A stretch of 64,000 nt of DNA, from assembly GCA_963675785.1 (NCBI GenBank), contig OY776562.1:800001-864000 (forward strand), in the 5' to 3' direction. Below the pieces are notes generated by a model. It was not told the DNA's origin, ran no database searches, and saw only the letters and a program-made list of their open reading frames with translations. Position 1 is the first letter of the stretch. Every line of letters starts with the position of its first letter. Positions 49,024-58,294 of this stretch are shown piece by piece. The position numbers and the translations under genes were made by a program. The DNA is from Anaerolineae bacterium. Its GTDB lineage: Bacteria; Chloroflexota; Anaerolineae; UBA1429.

Positions 49024-49833
49024 TCAGCTCCCCGTCGAATGATAATGGCGTTCGCCGTAGCGCCAGATGCGCAGCGATACGAGCATGAACACTACGCCGA
49101 TGAGCGGCGAGACCCACTGAAACCAGGCTGGCATACCCAGCGGATCAGCTTTGCTCAGGATGGCCAACCCCGGAAAATAGTTGACTGCTGCCAGAGGGAT
49201 GACAAAGATGAAAATGGCCCGGAACCAGGGGCGGTAAACGGAAAGAGGGTACTGGGCCGTCTCGACGCCGCCATAGGTGACGGCGTTCACGACCTCTAGC
49301 GTGCCAGCGGTGATCCACCAAAAGGAGAGGGTGGCCTGCAGCACAAACACGCCGCAAAACAGGCAGGCGCCGCAGCACACTGCTCCGATGAGGAGCAAGA
49401 CTTTGGGGATCGTCCATATCACGTCCAGGGCAAAGGCAGCCCAAAGCAGGATAAAGAGGCCCTGGGCAAAGCGGCCCACGCGGCGAATTTGAAATTCGCT
49501 GCCGGCCACCTGCAAGGCGGTGCCCTGGGGACGCAGCATCATGCGGTCGAATTCACCGTGGCGCACCATGCTATCGAAATTATCAAAGCCTCGGGCGGCA
49601 GCTTCCGAGATGGCAAAGGACATGTTGATCATGCCGTAATAGAGGGCGATTTCGGGCAGCGTCCAGCCGATGATGGTGCCAAAGCGGTCGAAGAGAGCCC
49701 AAACGCCCACGAATTCCAGGCCGATGCGAAAAATCATGCCGATGGTATCCATGATGAACGAGGCGCGGTACTGCATTTGCGCCCGAATAGAGGCCGCCAC
49801 ATAGTGGCCGTAGAGGCTGAGCGTTTGACGCAT
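49024..49833 (-). CDS. ABC-2 family permease (COG3694-like)
   Basis: MQYR.SF, GW, VR.GEFDR.MLRP, QYPL.VY, C-terminal Y.STGS. Confidence 0.9.
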   Translation of the reverse strand: MRQTLSLYGHYVAASIRAQMQYRASFIMDTIGMIFRIGLEFVGVWALFDRFGTIIGWTLPEIALYYGMINMSFAISEAAARGFDNFDSMVRHGEFDRMMLRPQGTALQVAGSEFQIRRVGRFAQGLFILLWAAFALDVIWTIPKVLLLIGAVCCGACLFCGVFVLQATLSFWWITAGTLEVVNAVTYGGVETAQYPLSVYRPWFRAIFIFVIPLAAVNYFPGLAILSKADPLGMPAWFQWVSPLIGVVFMLVSLRIWRYGERHYHSTGS

Positions 49834-50045
49834 GAGAGACTCCTCTGGTTTGGACCGGAAATAGAGTTTAGCACAAAATAGTGTCAGTATGTAACCCCTA
49901 GTGACCTATGAGCCCCGTCGGCGGTATATGGCGTATGCTACGGCTTGACAGATAGGCCGAATCTGACAGAATCAGTATGCTAGATTTTAGCTTGCCAGGC
50001 CCTGGTATTACAGGCCATGTGCGAATAGCCCAAATGGAGGTGGAC

Positions 50046-50714
50046 GTGCTCGAACCTTCCAAGCAGAAGAACGCAGTGACGATCCCCGCGTACCTGAATT
50101 ATTGGCTTGGTTTGCCCAAGGATTACAGCGAGGCATGCAAGTGGCCGCTCATCCTATTTTTGCACGGCGCGGGTGAGCGAGGCGACGATTTGGAAAAGGT
50201 CAAGGTGCACGGCGTACCCCACGAGGTGGCGGCCGGACGCGATCTGCCCTTTATCACGGTTTCGCCACAGTGCCCGAAGAACACCTGGTGGCCCGATCAT
50301 GGGCGGATGTTGATGGCGATATTGGATGAGGTATCGGCAAAATATGCTGTGGACCCGGACCGCATCTATTTGACTGGCCTGAGCATGGGGGGATTTGGCA
50401 GCTGGTATTTGGGCTGTTGCTATCCCGAGCGTTTTGCGGCAGTCGCACCGATTTGTGGTGGCGGCATGTGGGGGCACGGATTCCCCGATCGTGTGGTGGA
50501 TTTGGCTGGTGTGCCGGTATGGGCTTTTCATGGGGCCCGCGACCCGGTAGTGCCGATTACGATGACGGTGGAACTGGTTGACCGGCTCAAGGCAGTCGGT
50601 GGTGACGTACGTCTTTCGGTATTCCCCGATGCAGAACACGACGCCTGGACGCGCGTGTATGCAGGTGATGCACTTTACGAATGGTTTCTCTCAAACAGTC
50701 GCTCCAACGAGTGA
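50046..50714 (+). CDS. Phospholipase/carboxylesterase-family hydrolase (COG4099-like)
   Basis: PL.LFLHGAGERG, PQCP, TGLSMGG, FHG..D.VV, HDAW; GGAGG before GTG 50046. Confidence 0.85.
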   Translation: MLEPSKQKNAVTIPAYLNYWLGLPKDYSEACKWPLILFLHGAGERGDDLEKVKVHGVPHEVAAGRDLPFITVSPQCPKNTWWPDHGRMLMAILDEVSAKYAVDPDRIYLTGLSMGGFGSWYLGCCYPERFAAVAPICGGGMWGHGFPDRVVDLAGVPVWAFHGARDPVVPITMTVELVDRLKAVGGDVRLSVFPDAEHDAWTRVYAGDALYEWFLSNSRSNE

Positions 50715-50737
50715 CCTTACTGGCAAAGGAGCAAGTC

Positions 50738-51622
50738 ATGAAGTTTGGTATTTTTACTGTTAGCATGCCCGATTATGAGCCGGTCGACTGCCTGGCCAAG
50801 GCTGGTGAACTGGGTTATGACGGCGTAGAGTGGCGTGTGACCGTGGACAAGGGCGACAAGGCGCATCCGTCGTTCTGGTTTGGTAACCGTACGTCGATGA
50901 GCGCCGAAGAAGTCATCGCTCAGGCGGATGTGCTCAAGGCCAAGGCGGCCGAGGTGGGCGTAACGATGCCCTCATTGGCGACGTACATCGATTGCTTTGG
51001 GCTGAACTCTTGGTCTACCGAGGCTGTGGACGCCGAAAAGGGCCTGGATGTCGTGCGTCAGCATATGGAAGCGGCGGTGGCCGTGGGCGCCAAGAGCCTG
51101 CGCATCGGCTCGGGCAAGTACGAGCCTTCTGTGCCTTATCTGGAGCAGGTGGCCAAGGCCAACGCGCAGTACGCCAAGGTGGCTGAGATGGCCGCCGAGT
51201 ACGGCGTGCGCGCGCTGATTGAGACGCACATGGGCCTGCTAACGCCGACTGTCACCAAGACGCTGGCGGTGCTCAAAGGGCTCGACCCCAAGTACGTGGG
51301 CATTATGTGGGATCCAGGCAACCAGGTGCTGGAAGGCGCCGAGGTTGCAGAGATGGCCCTTTCAGAGGCTGGTGCGTATTTGGGTGAGGTGCATGCCAAG
51401 AACATGCAGTTTGAGCCCATTACCACCCAGCGCGGGCAGATCATTTGGCGTTCCAAGTGGTGCGGGCTGGAGGCTGGTATCGTCAATTGGCCGGCCGTTA
51501 TGGATGTACTCAAGGCGATTGGCTATGATGGTTGGGTGATGTTTGAGGATTTTTCGACGGCATTGCCGCTTGATGAGCGTCTGGCGTCCAACCTGGCCTG
51601 GTTCAAGAGCCTGGCTGAGTAA
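50738..51622 (+). CDS. Sugar phosphate isomerase/epimerase (xylose isomerase-like TIM barrel)
   Basis: GYDGVE, ETH, WDPGN, VHAKN, GYDGW..FE. Confidence 0.85.
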   Translation: MKFGIFTVSMPDYEPVDCLAKAGELGYDGVEWRVTVDKGDKAHPSFWFGNRTSMSAEEVIAQADVLKAKAAEVGVTMPSLATYIDCFGLNSWSTEAVDAEKGLDVVRQHMEAAVAVGAKSLRIGSGKYEPSVPYLEQVAKANAQYAKVAEMAAEYGVRALIETHMGLLTPTVTKTLAVLKGLDPKYVGIMWDPGNQVLEGAEVAEMALSEAGAYLGEVHAKNMQFEPITTQRGQIIWRSKWCGLEAGIVNWPAVMDVLKAIGYDGWVMFEDFSTALPLDERLASNLAWFKSLAE

Positions 51623-51672
51623 CGGGCTTTGCCCGGCTATCGGTTGCCATTGAAGCGCAAATTTGGTGATGT

Positions 51673-51784
51673 GTCTCCGAATCATTGTACCTAAAGCGTG
51701 AGCCAAGGTGCTTTGATCGCGCCCCTGGATGGGGCAAACGGTGTGGCTGGAAACGGCCACGCCCCCCGTGTTTGGAAAGGAGAG
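51673..51784 (+). ncRNA. Moco (molybdenum cofactor) riboswitch motif
   Basis: TCTCCGA...ACCTAA...GCCAAGGT, extra stem GCCCC/GGGGC, GTGGCT-GGAAAC-GGCCAC, CCCGTGTTTGGAAAGGAGA; matches the Moco RNA consensus. Confidence 0.9.
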
Positions 51785-51822
51785 CGGCACATTTGTGCCG
51801 TGTATATCATCGGAGGCTTTGT

Positions 51823-52233
51823 ATGGCAAGAAAAGTATCTACCCTGTCCCTTGTGATGTTGTGTCTGGTTGTGGTGCTGGCGGGCTGCGGCAGTGACGAG
51901 GTTGAAAAGACCGGCACTGTGCTGACCATCAATGGCACGGAATACTACCAGAGTGAAATCGAAGCGATGGACCAGGTGACAATTACTGCAACTCATCCCA
52001 AATCGGGCGAGGTCGCTGACTATACGGGCGTGAGCCTGTTGAACCTACTCGACGACGCCGGGCTTGCAGCGGATACCATCACCGCGGTGGCATCGGATGG
52101 CTATGAGGTAGAGATTGTGATGGCAGATATCCCTGACACGGCGTTGTTGGTGATCGAGGATGGCACCTACCGTCTGATCATGCCTGATATGTCTAGTTCG
52201 GCCTGGGCTAAAGAGGTCGTCGAGATTCGTTAG
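51823..52233 (+). CDS. Lipoprotein with a minimal molybdopterin-oxidoreductase-like domain (copy 1)
   Basis: LAGC lipobox; YTGVSLLNLL, ASDGY, RLIMP..SSAWAKEV. Confidence 0.8.
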   Translation: MARKVSTLSLVMLCLVVVLAGCGSDEVEKTGTVLTINGTEYYQSEIEAMDQVTITATHPKSGEVADYTGVSLLNLLDDAGLAADTITAVASDGYEVEIVMADIPDTALLVIEDGTYRLIMPDMSSSAWAKEVVEIR

Positions 52234-52268
52234 TGAATTTGCAGTGGCAACCGAAGAGCAAATGCATA

Positions 52269-52289
52269 CCGGGGAGCCTGGCTCCCCGG
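52269..52289 (+). terminator. Hairpin after copy 1
   Basis: CCGGGGAGC-CTG-GCTCCCCGG. Confidence 0.6.
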
Positions 52290-52405
52290 CTTGCTATTTG
52301 TGGGCAAGTGACTAGGATGCACTGTAAAACAGCGTGAAAGAGTTCAAGCTTCTGGCTGTTGCGGGTTTGCGGCGTGTTGCATCGTTTCTGTTGGCGGAGG
52401 TTTGC

Positions 52406-52888
52406 ATGGCGAGAAAAGCGGCTGCTCTGTCTTTTGTGATTTTGGGCCTGATGGTGATGCTGGCGGGTTGTGGTGGTGACGCGGTTGAAAAGACGGGTTC
52501 TGTGTTGACCGTTAATGGCCGCGGATTCTATGAGAGCGAGCTCGAAGCGATGGAGCAGGTGACGGTGACGGCGACACACCCCAGATCGGGGGAGACGGCC
52601 GAGTATATGGGCGTGAGCTTGTTGGCACTGCTGGACGATGCCGATTTTGTAGGGGACACCATCACGGTGGTGGCGGCGGATGGCTATGAGACGGAGATCG
52701 TAGTGGCGGAGATTCCGGATACGGCGCTGGTGGTGATTGAGAAGGGGGACTATAGCGTGCTGGGCTATACGCCAGAGCCGGACAAGCCGGCAAGTGTGGT
52801 GGTAGGCGTTGAAGAGGACACGTTCCGCTTGATTATGCCGGATATGGGCAGTTCGGCCTGGGTGAAAGACGTGTTCGAGATTCGCTAA
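52406..52888 (+). CDS. Lipoprotein paralog (copy 2) with an internal insertion of about 20 aa
   Basis: Same motifs as copy 1 (LAGC, THP.SG, GVSLL.LL, ADGY, RLIMPDM.SSAW.K.V.EIR). Confidence 0.8.
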   Translation: MARKAAALSFVILGLMVMLAGCGGDAVEKTGSVLTVNGRGFYESELEAMEQVTVTATHPRSGETAEYMGVSLLALLDDADFVGDTITVVAADGYETEIVVAEIPDTALVVIEKGDYSVLGYTPEPDKPASVVVGVEEDTFRLIMPDMGSSAWVKDVFEIR

Positions 52889-52986
52889 GGCGCGAATAGG
52901 GCACAGAGGCTGGGGGGCTTGGCTCCCCAGCTTGCCATTTGGCGGTAAAGCGATTAGGATGCGCCGCAGCAGGACTGGAGGGTTTG

Positions 52987-54294
52987 ATGAGCAGGGAGCC
53001 GCTGACGGCGATTGTGGTAGGAGCGGGACATCGGGCGCAGTTGTATGCATCTTATGCGCAAGAGCACCCGGAGGAGTTGCGCATTGTGGGCGTGGCCGAT
53101 CCCTCGGATTTGCGGCGCGAGCTGATGCAGCAGACCTATGGGTTTGATGCGGTGCATTGTTGGGAATCGGCGGGGGAGCTGGCGCAACTAGAGCAACAGG
53201 CCGATGTGATCATCAATGGCACAATGGACGATCAGCATGTGCCGACGACGGTTCCGCTGCTGAAACGGGGCTATGATGTGCTGCTGGAAAAGCCCTTTGC
53301 CACCGGAGAAGAAGAGATGTGGGAACTGGTGGAGACGGCAGAGGCGCATGATTCTCATGTGGTGATTTGCCATGTGCTGCGCTATGCGCCCTTTTATGCG
53401 GCGGTTCGGCAGCATGTGGCGGCGGGCGAGATTGGTGAGCTGCTGAACGTGCAGACGACGGAGCATGTATCGTATCACCACATGGCGGTGGCCTTTGTGC
53501 GGGGCAAGTGGGCCCGCAGGGATTGCGGCTCTCCCATGTTGATGGCCAAGTGCTGCCACGACCTGGACTTGATGGTTTGGATGAAGAGCGGCATTGCGCC
53601 GGCGTATGTGAGTAGTTTTGGCGCCTTGAGCTATTTCCGCCCGGAAAAGGCACCGCAGGGCGCTGGCGAGCGCTGCCTGGTGGATTGCCCCATTGAGGCG
53701 GATTGCCCCTATTCGGCGCGCAAACATTATCTCGATCACCCCGAGCGCTGGGCCTTTTACGTTTGGGCCGGGCTGGAGGGAATCGAGAACCCCACCGACG
53801 CCGACAGATTGGCGCACTTGCGCACCAGCCCTTTTGGGCGCTGTGTGTGGCATTCGGATAACGACGTGGTGGATCACCAGTCGGTGATGGTAGAGTTCAG
53901 TGACGGGGCCACGGCCACGCATAACATGATCGGCGGGGCGTCGCGGCCTTCACGTTCCATCCATTTGCTGGGCACAGAGGGCGAGATTCAGGGCTGCTTT
54001 GAGGAGCAATCGTTTGTGATTCGGCATCCCGACCCACGACCGGGCCATGAATACAGTGAGCGCAAAGTGGATTTGAGCGTGGGCGGCGATATGCACGGCG
54101 CCTTTGGCGGACATGGCGGCGGCGATATGCGCCTGGTGGGCGATTTTCTGAGGGTAGTACGCGGCAAAGAACCGTCACTATCGACAACGACACTGACGGA
54201 TTCGGTTGCAGGGCATTTGGTTGGTTTTCGAGCCGATGTGGCGATGAGAGAGAGGCGTGTGGTGAGCCTCGAGCGAGGGAAAGAACGTGTTTAG
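52987..54294 (+). CDS. Gfo/Idh/MocA oxidoreductase
   Basis: GAGHR, LEKP, CHVLRY, K.CHDLD, GHGGGD. Confidence 0.88.
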   Translation: MSREPLTAIVVGAGHRAQLYASYAQEHPEELRIVGVADPSDLRRELMQQTYGFDAVHCWESAGELAQLEQQADVIINGTMDDQHVPTTVPLLKRGYDVLLEKPFATGEEEMWELVETAEAHDSHVVICHVLRYAPFYAAVRQHVAAGEIGELLNVQTTEHVSYHHMAVAFVRGKWARRDCGSPMLMAKCCHDLDLMVWMKSGIAPAYVSSFGALSYFRPEKAPQGAGERCLVDCPIEADCPYSARKHYLDHPERWAFYVWAGLEGIENPTDADRLAHLRTSPFGRCVWHSDNDVVDHQSVMVEFSDGATATHNMIGGASRPSRSIHLLGTEGEIQGCFEEQSFVIRHPDPRPGHEYSERKVDLSVGGDMHGAFGGHGGGDMRLVGDFLRVVRGKEPSLSTTTLTDSVAGHLVGFRADVAMRERRVVSLERGKERV

Positions 54295-55261
54295 GGGAAT
54301 TGTAATCAATGCGGATCAAGAAGTGGTGGATGGTTCGCCAGAAAAGCTCAAGCAGCTCTTGCAGGGATGGGAGCCGCTTGGTTTTGATGCGGTCGAGCTT
54401 TCGACGGGGTGTTTCAACATCATTCGCAACGGCCGCGTGGACCAGCGGGAGTTGGACGAGGCCAAGCAGTTGCTGACACCCTATCCCTTTAGCTGGACAA
54501 TGCACGGGCCCTGCGGATTATCGCTCATTCGGGAGCCCAAGCAGGCGGAAAAGGTGATGAAGGCTTGCCTGCAGGTGACGGCAGAGCTGGGCGCCGAGGT
54601 ATTTGTCTATCACAGCGCGCAGATTGCTTTGCATGAGGTACACAAGGGTTTGGAACCGCTGCCCGATGATGCGGCTCTGGCAACTATGTGGGAACAAGAG
54701 ACAGAAGCGCTACGGACCATTGCTCCCTTTGCCGAGAGCCTGGGCGTGACGGTTGTGGTGGAGAATCGCGATCCCCATCAGTGGGAGTTTGCTACCATCA
54801 AGGCGGCTGGCGGAAATCCGGCAGAGATCACCAAGTACCATCAGGGAATGCGGCTCGATCTATTGACCCAGCAGTTGGATGCGGTGAATTCGCCCAATGT
54901 GGGCATGTGCCTGGATGTGGGCCACGCTTTTTTGGCGGCGCCGTATTGGGATGTGAGCTTTGAAGAGGGTGTTCGCGCGGCGGCACCTTTTGTGCGCCAT
55001 CTGCACCTACATGATAACTTTGGGCGTTTGGATGACCGTGTGGACAGCCTGGCTGACCGACTGATATTTGGCGAGGCCGATAACCACATGCCGCCCGGTT
55101 GGGGAGCTATTCCGCTGGTGCAGGTATTGAAAGATTTTTATGAGGTCGATTACAAAGGCTGGATTCTGGCCGAGGTTCGGCCTCGGTATCGCCGCTATGA
55201 TCATAGAACGCTTCAGAATTTGCGTACGATCATTGCAGCGGCGACTGCCGAAAGAATGTAA
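54287..55261 (+). CDS. Sugar phosphate isomerase/epimerase family
   Basis: VEN, LDVGHA, HLHDN, DNH.PPG.G. Confidence 0.8.
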   Translation: MFRGIVINADQEVVDGSPEKLKQLLQGWEPLGFDAVELSTGCFNIIRNGRVDQRELDEAKQLLTPYPFSWTMHGPCGLSLIREPKQAEKVMKACLQVTAELGAEVFVYHSAQIALHEVHKGLEPLPDDAALATMWEQETEALRTIAPFAESLGVTVVVENRDPHQWEFATIKAAGGNPAEITKYHQGMRLDLLTQQLDAVNSPNVGMCLDVGHAFLAAPYWDVSFEEGVRAAAPFVRHLHLHDNFGRLDDRVDSLADRLIFGEADNHMPPGWGAIPLVQVLKDFYEVDYKGWILAEVRPRYRRYDHRTLQNLRTIIAAATAERM

Positions 55262-55272
55262 AGAAAGTGGAA

Positions 55273-55308
55273 CAAATGAGAGAGACAGCACACTGTCTCT
55301 CTCATTTG
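55273..55308. terminator. Bidirectional terminator (16-bp inverted repeat)
   Basis: CAAATGAGAGAGACAG-CACA-CTGTCTCTCTCATTTG. Confidence 0.8.
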
Positions 55309-55311
55309 CTC

Positions 55312-56406
55312 CTATACGTCGTAACGATCGAGCACAAAGATGGTCGCACTCAAACCGAGGAGGGTCATGGATTGTTCTCGCTGGATGTACAGGCCGGGCA
55401 CATCCTTGATGACCTGACGGAACAGTTTGAAGGCGGCGGTGAGCAGTACAGCTCGCCCGCCCGGACGCAGCACGCGTGAAAACTCGTTGAGCGCTTGCGT
55501 GTATAGTGCTTCGAGATCGGTGCCGGCCGCTACCTTGCGCCCAAAGGGCAAGTTGGTGACGATGCGGTCTGCGCTGGCGGTTTCCAGGGGCAGTTGGCGA
55601 GCATCCCACAGCAGGATCTCGCGCGGCTTGTGCTTGCGGCCGATGTTTTCGCGGGTAGCGCTGATCGATTCGGGCGACGAATCCCCAGCGATGAGTAGCG
55701 TGTGGCGCTCTATGAGAGCGCGTTCCAAGATGATGGTGCCAGCGCCGCACATGGGATCGACGAAAACATCATCCGGCTTGGGTTGGGAGAGAAAAACCAT
55801 GGCCGCTGCCACCGAAGGACGTAACGAGGCCTCGATTTGCTGCTGCTTGTAATCGCGCTGGCGCATACTGGCATCTGACAAACGGATACCCAGCAAAAAG
55901 TCCATGCCGATCAAGTTGGCCCACACTTCAACGCGGCCGCCATCTTCTACGGATTGCCAGCTCTTGCCCAGGTTACGCTTGAGGGCTTTATCCAGTGAGC
56001 GCTGCATGTCTACACGTCGGTAAGGCTGGTTTTTGCCCGCGATGCGTACGATGATGCGAAAGGTTTTGAAGGTATCTTTGCGGTCTTTGCGCTGTTCACC
56101 TATCTGGTTCATCACTTGCTTGTAGGTTTTGTCCATCAACACTTGTTTGAAGATTTGATCAAGACCTTCATAACCCCAGGCTACGTGGGGGATTCGGTTG
56201 ATGATTAAAAAGACATCCTCCACAGTACGCAATTCAAGCAGAGGCTCTACGGGGCCGGCATAGTTGAACAACACAAGCCCGTTTTTGCCCGGAATGGTTT
56301 TGTAGGTTTCTAGCTCGGCGTCTGGCGCAAGGCGGTGTATCTCTTGCCAGGCGATGCGCTCCAGGCCGGGCATGGTATGCGCGCTATATAGTTTCGTCTG
56401 TTTCAT
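55312..56406 (-). CDS. THUMP-domain RNA m2G methyltransferase (Trm14/RlmL-like)
   Basis: PGLE, ASLRP..AA, DPMCGAGTI, TNLPFG. Confidence 0.85.
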   Translation of the reverse strand: MKQTKLYSAHTMPGLERIAWQEIHRLAPDAELETYKTIPGKNGLVLFNYAGPVEPLLELRTVEDVFLIINRIPHVAWGYEGLDQIFKQVLMDKTYKQVMNQIGEQRKDRKDTFKTFRIIVRIAGKNQPYRRVDMQRSLDKALKRNLGKSWQSVEDGGRVEVWANLIGMDFLLGIRLSDASMRQRDYKQQQIEASLRPSVAAAMVFLSQPKPDDVFVDPMCGAGTIILERALIERHTLLIAGDSSPESISATRENIGRKHKPREILLWDARQLPLETASADRIVTNLPFGRKVAAGTDLEALYTQALNEFSRVLRPGGRAVLLTAAFKLFRQVIKDVPGLYIQREQSMTLLGLSATIFVLDRYDV

Positions 56407-56421
56407 ATTATCCCCTCGGGC

Positions 56422-57213
56422 TTAGCCGCCCTGTATCACCATGCGTTTCAGGCCGTGTTTCAATATCAATTGGCTGATGAATGCAATTGCCAGCGTCCAG
56501 ATGAGCTGCTGCCCCAGTAGTGCGAACACCTCAGAGGCAGCCAGGTCCCCAATCCAGAGCCGAAAAGGCACATCGGCAATGCCCCGGAAGGGCAAAAAGT
56601 TGAGGATACCCTGGGCCCAATCGGGCATTAGCGGCAGCGGTACAAGGCTGCCGGAAAACAAGGCTACGCTGCCCAGCAGCAGCATGGATATGCCATTGCC
56701 CGAAATCGTCCAGACGCTGACAGTCGAAGCCAGTGTGGTTAGTGCGGCCGAGAGCAGGGCGGCACCGACAATGGAGAGCATAAAGGCACCGAACGCCGCC
56801 CACGAAACTGGCAGTTCCAGGCCAAAGAATGGAATCGTAATGAGGAACATGGGCAGGGCTCGCAATAGCGTGGGGGCTGTGCGCAAGGCCAACCCTCGGG
56901 CGAACCAGCTCCAATAGACGCTGACGGGCCGAAGCATCTGATAGACGACATCGCCGCTGCGTATGCTCTGCACCAGTTCGTTATCCAGGCGATAGGGCGT
57001 CAGGTGAAAGAGAGCCTGCCCCAACCACACATAGCTTACTGTTTGTTCAAAGGTCAAAGGCTGCGCGGCGGTGGTGGTGCGATAAAAGGCATCAAAGATC
57101 ATGATGCGGATAACACCCCAAAAGAACTGGGTGGCCAGGCCAGCCAGAGCCGCCTCCCGATATTGCAAGAGCATACGAAACTGGGCGCTGAATCGGGCAA
57201 GGTAGGGTCTCAT
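56422..57213 (-). CDS. ABC-2 family permease (COG4587-like)
   Basis: LQYR, YVWL, I.SG.V.Y..LRP, FSG..VPL, C-terminal IQGG. Confidence 0.9.
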   Translation of the reverse strand: MRPYLARFSAQFRMLLQYREAALAGLATQFFWGVIRIMIFDAFYRTTTAAQPLTFEQTVSYVWLGQALFHLTPYRLDNELVQSIRSGDVVYQMLRPVSVYWSWFARGLALRTAPTLLRALPMFLITIPFFGLELPVSWAAFGAFMLSIVGAALLSAALTTLASTVSVWTISGNGISMLLLGSVALFSGSLVPLPLMPDWAQGILNFLPFRGIADVPFRLWIGDLAASEVFALLGQQLIWTLAIAFISQLILKHGLKRMVIQGG

Positions 57214-58193
57214 TGCCCTTCACCCTCGTAGAATCGCGCAATGATCTCTTCGATGGGTGGGTTTTCGACGTATAGATCACTTACGGCGTGTTCTGAGGTT
57301 ACACGGGCGATCATTTCAGCGGTGGGCACATGCGTCGGATCAAAAGCCAGGATGACCTGTCCGTCGTCCTGGCGCACCACGCGCAAGTCGGGATCAGCGA
57401 AAATCTCTTCCGAATGGGTCAGCGTTAATCTCAGATGGCGTTCTGAGGAGACCTGCTTGCGCAGACCATCTAGCTTGCCATCGAACAAGAGCTGCCCGTT
57501 GTTAATGAGCATGATTCGCCTGCAGAGCGCCTCAATATCATCCATGTCGTGTGTGGTGAGGATGACGGTTACGTTGCGGCGTTCGTTCAATTCGCGAATA
57601 AAATCACGCACGGCGAGCTTGGACACGGCATCTAGGCCGATGGTGGGCTCGTCCAGAAAAAGAATGCTCGGTTTGTGCAAAAGCGAAGCGGCCAGATCAC
57701 AGCGCATACGTTGACCCAGCGAGAGCTGCCGGACTGGCGTATCGAGAAGGCTTTGCAGCGAGAGCAGCTCGACTAATTCGTCGAGGCTGTCGCGATAAGT
57801 AGTCTCGGATACGCGATAGATCTCTTTGAGCAGTTGAAAGGACTCGACGACTGGCAGGTCCCACCAGAGCTGGGTACGCTGACCAAACACCACACCAATC
57901 CTGGAGACATGGCTCCTTCTGGATTCCCAGGGCACCAGATCATCGACAATGCAAGCGCCAGAAGTTGGCACGAGAATCCCCGAGAGGATCTTGATGGTGG
58001 TAGATTTGCCGGCGCCGTTGGGGCCAATATAGCCAACGAGCTCGCCGCGCTCGATGTCAAAAGAGAGGTTCCGCAAGGCCTGAATATCTTTGTATTCGCG
58101 CTTGAATACGCCGCGGACTGCTCCCCAGGCGCCCGAGTCGCGCTTGGCAATGCGGTAGGTTTTGCAGAGGTCAGAGACGTGAACAAAGGCCAT
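57210..58193 (-). CDS. ABC transporter ATP-binding protein (COG4586-like)
   Basis: GPNGAGKST, FGQRTQLWWDLP, LSLGQRMR, LDEPTIGLD, TTH. Confidence 0.93.
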   Translation of the reverse strand: MAFVHVSDLCKTYRIAKRDSGAWGAVRGVFKREYKDIQALRNLSFDIERGELVGYIGPNGAGKSTTIKILSGILVPTSGACIVDDLVPWESRRSHVSRIGVVFGQRTQLWWDLPVVESFQLLKEIYRVSETTYRDSLDELVELLSLQSLLDTPVRQLSLGQRMRCDLAASLLHKPSILFLDEPTIGLDAVSKLAVRDFIRELNERRNVTVILTTHDMDDIEALCRRIMLINNGQLLFDGKLDGLRKQVSSERHLRLTLTHSEEIFADPDLRVVRQDDGQVILAFDPTHVPTAEMIARVTSEHAVSDLYVENPPIEEIIARFYEGEGQ

Positions 58194-58259
58194 CGAGTTT
58201 CTCACAGGGTAAACGGTTGTTTGCAGGCTGTTGATATTACTCGATGAAGTCACAAGAGG

Positions 58260-58288
58260 CAAGCCCGCGCTAGAATCGCGCGGGCTTG
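58260..58288 (-). terminator. Hairpin after the hybrid kinase
   Basis: CAAGCCCGCGC-N7-GCGCGGGCTTG. Confidence 0.65.
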
Positions 58289-58294
58289 ATTTGA

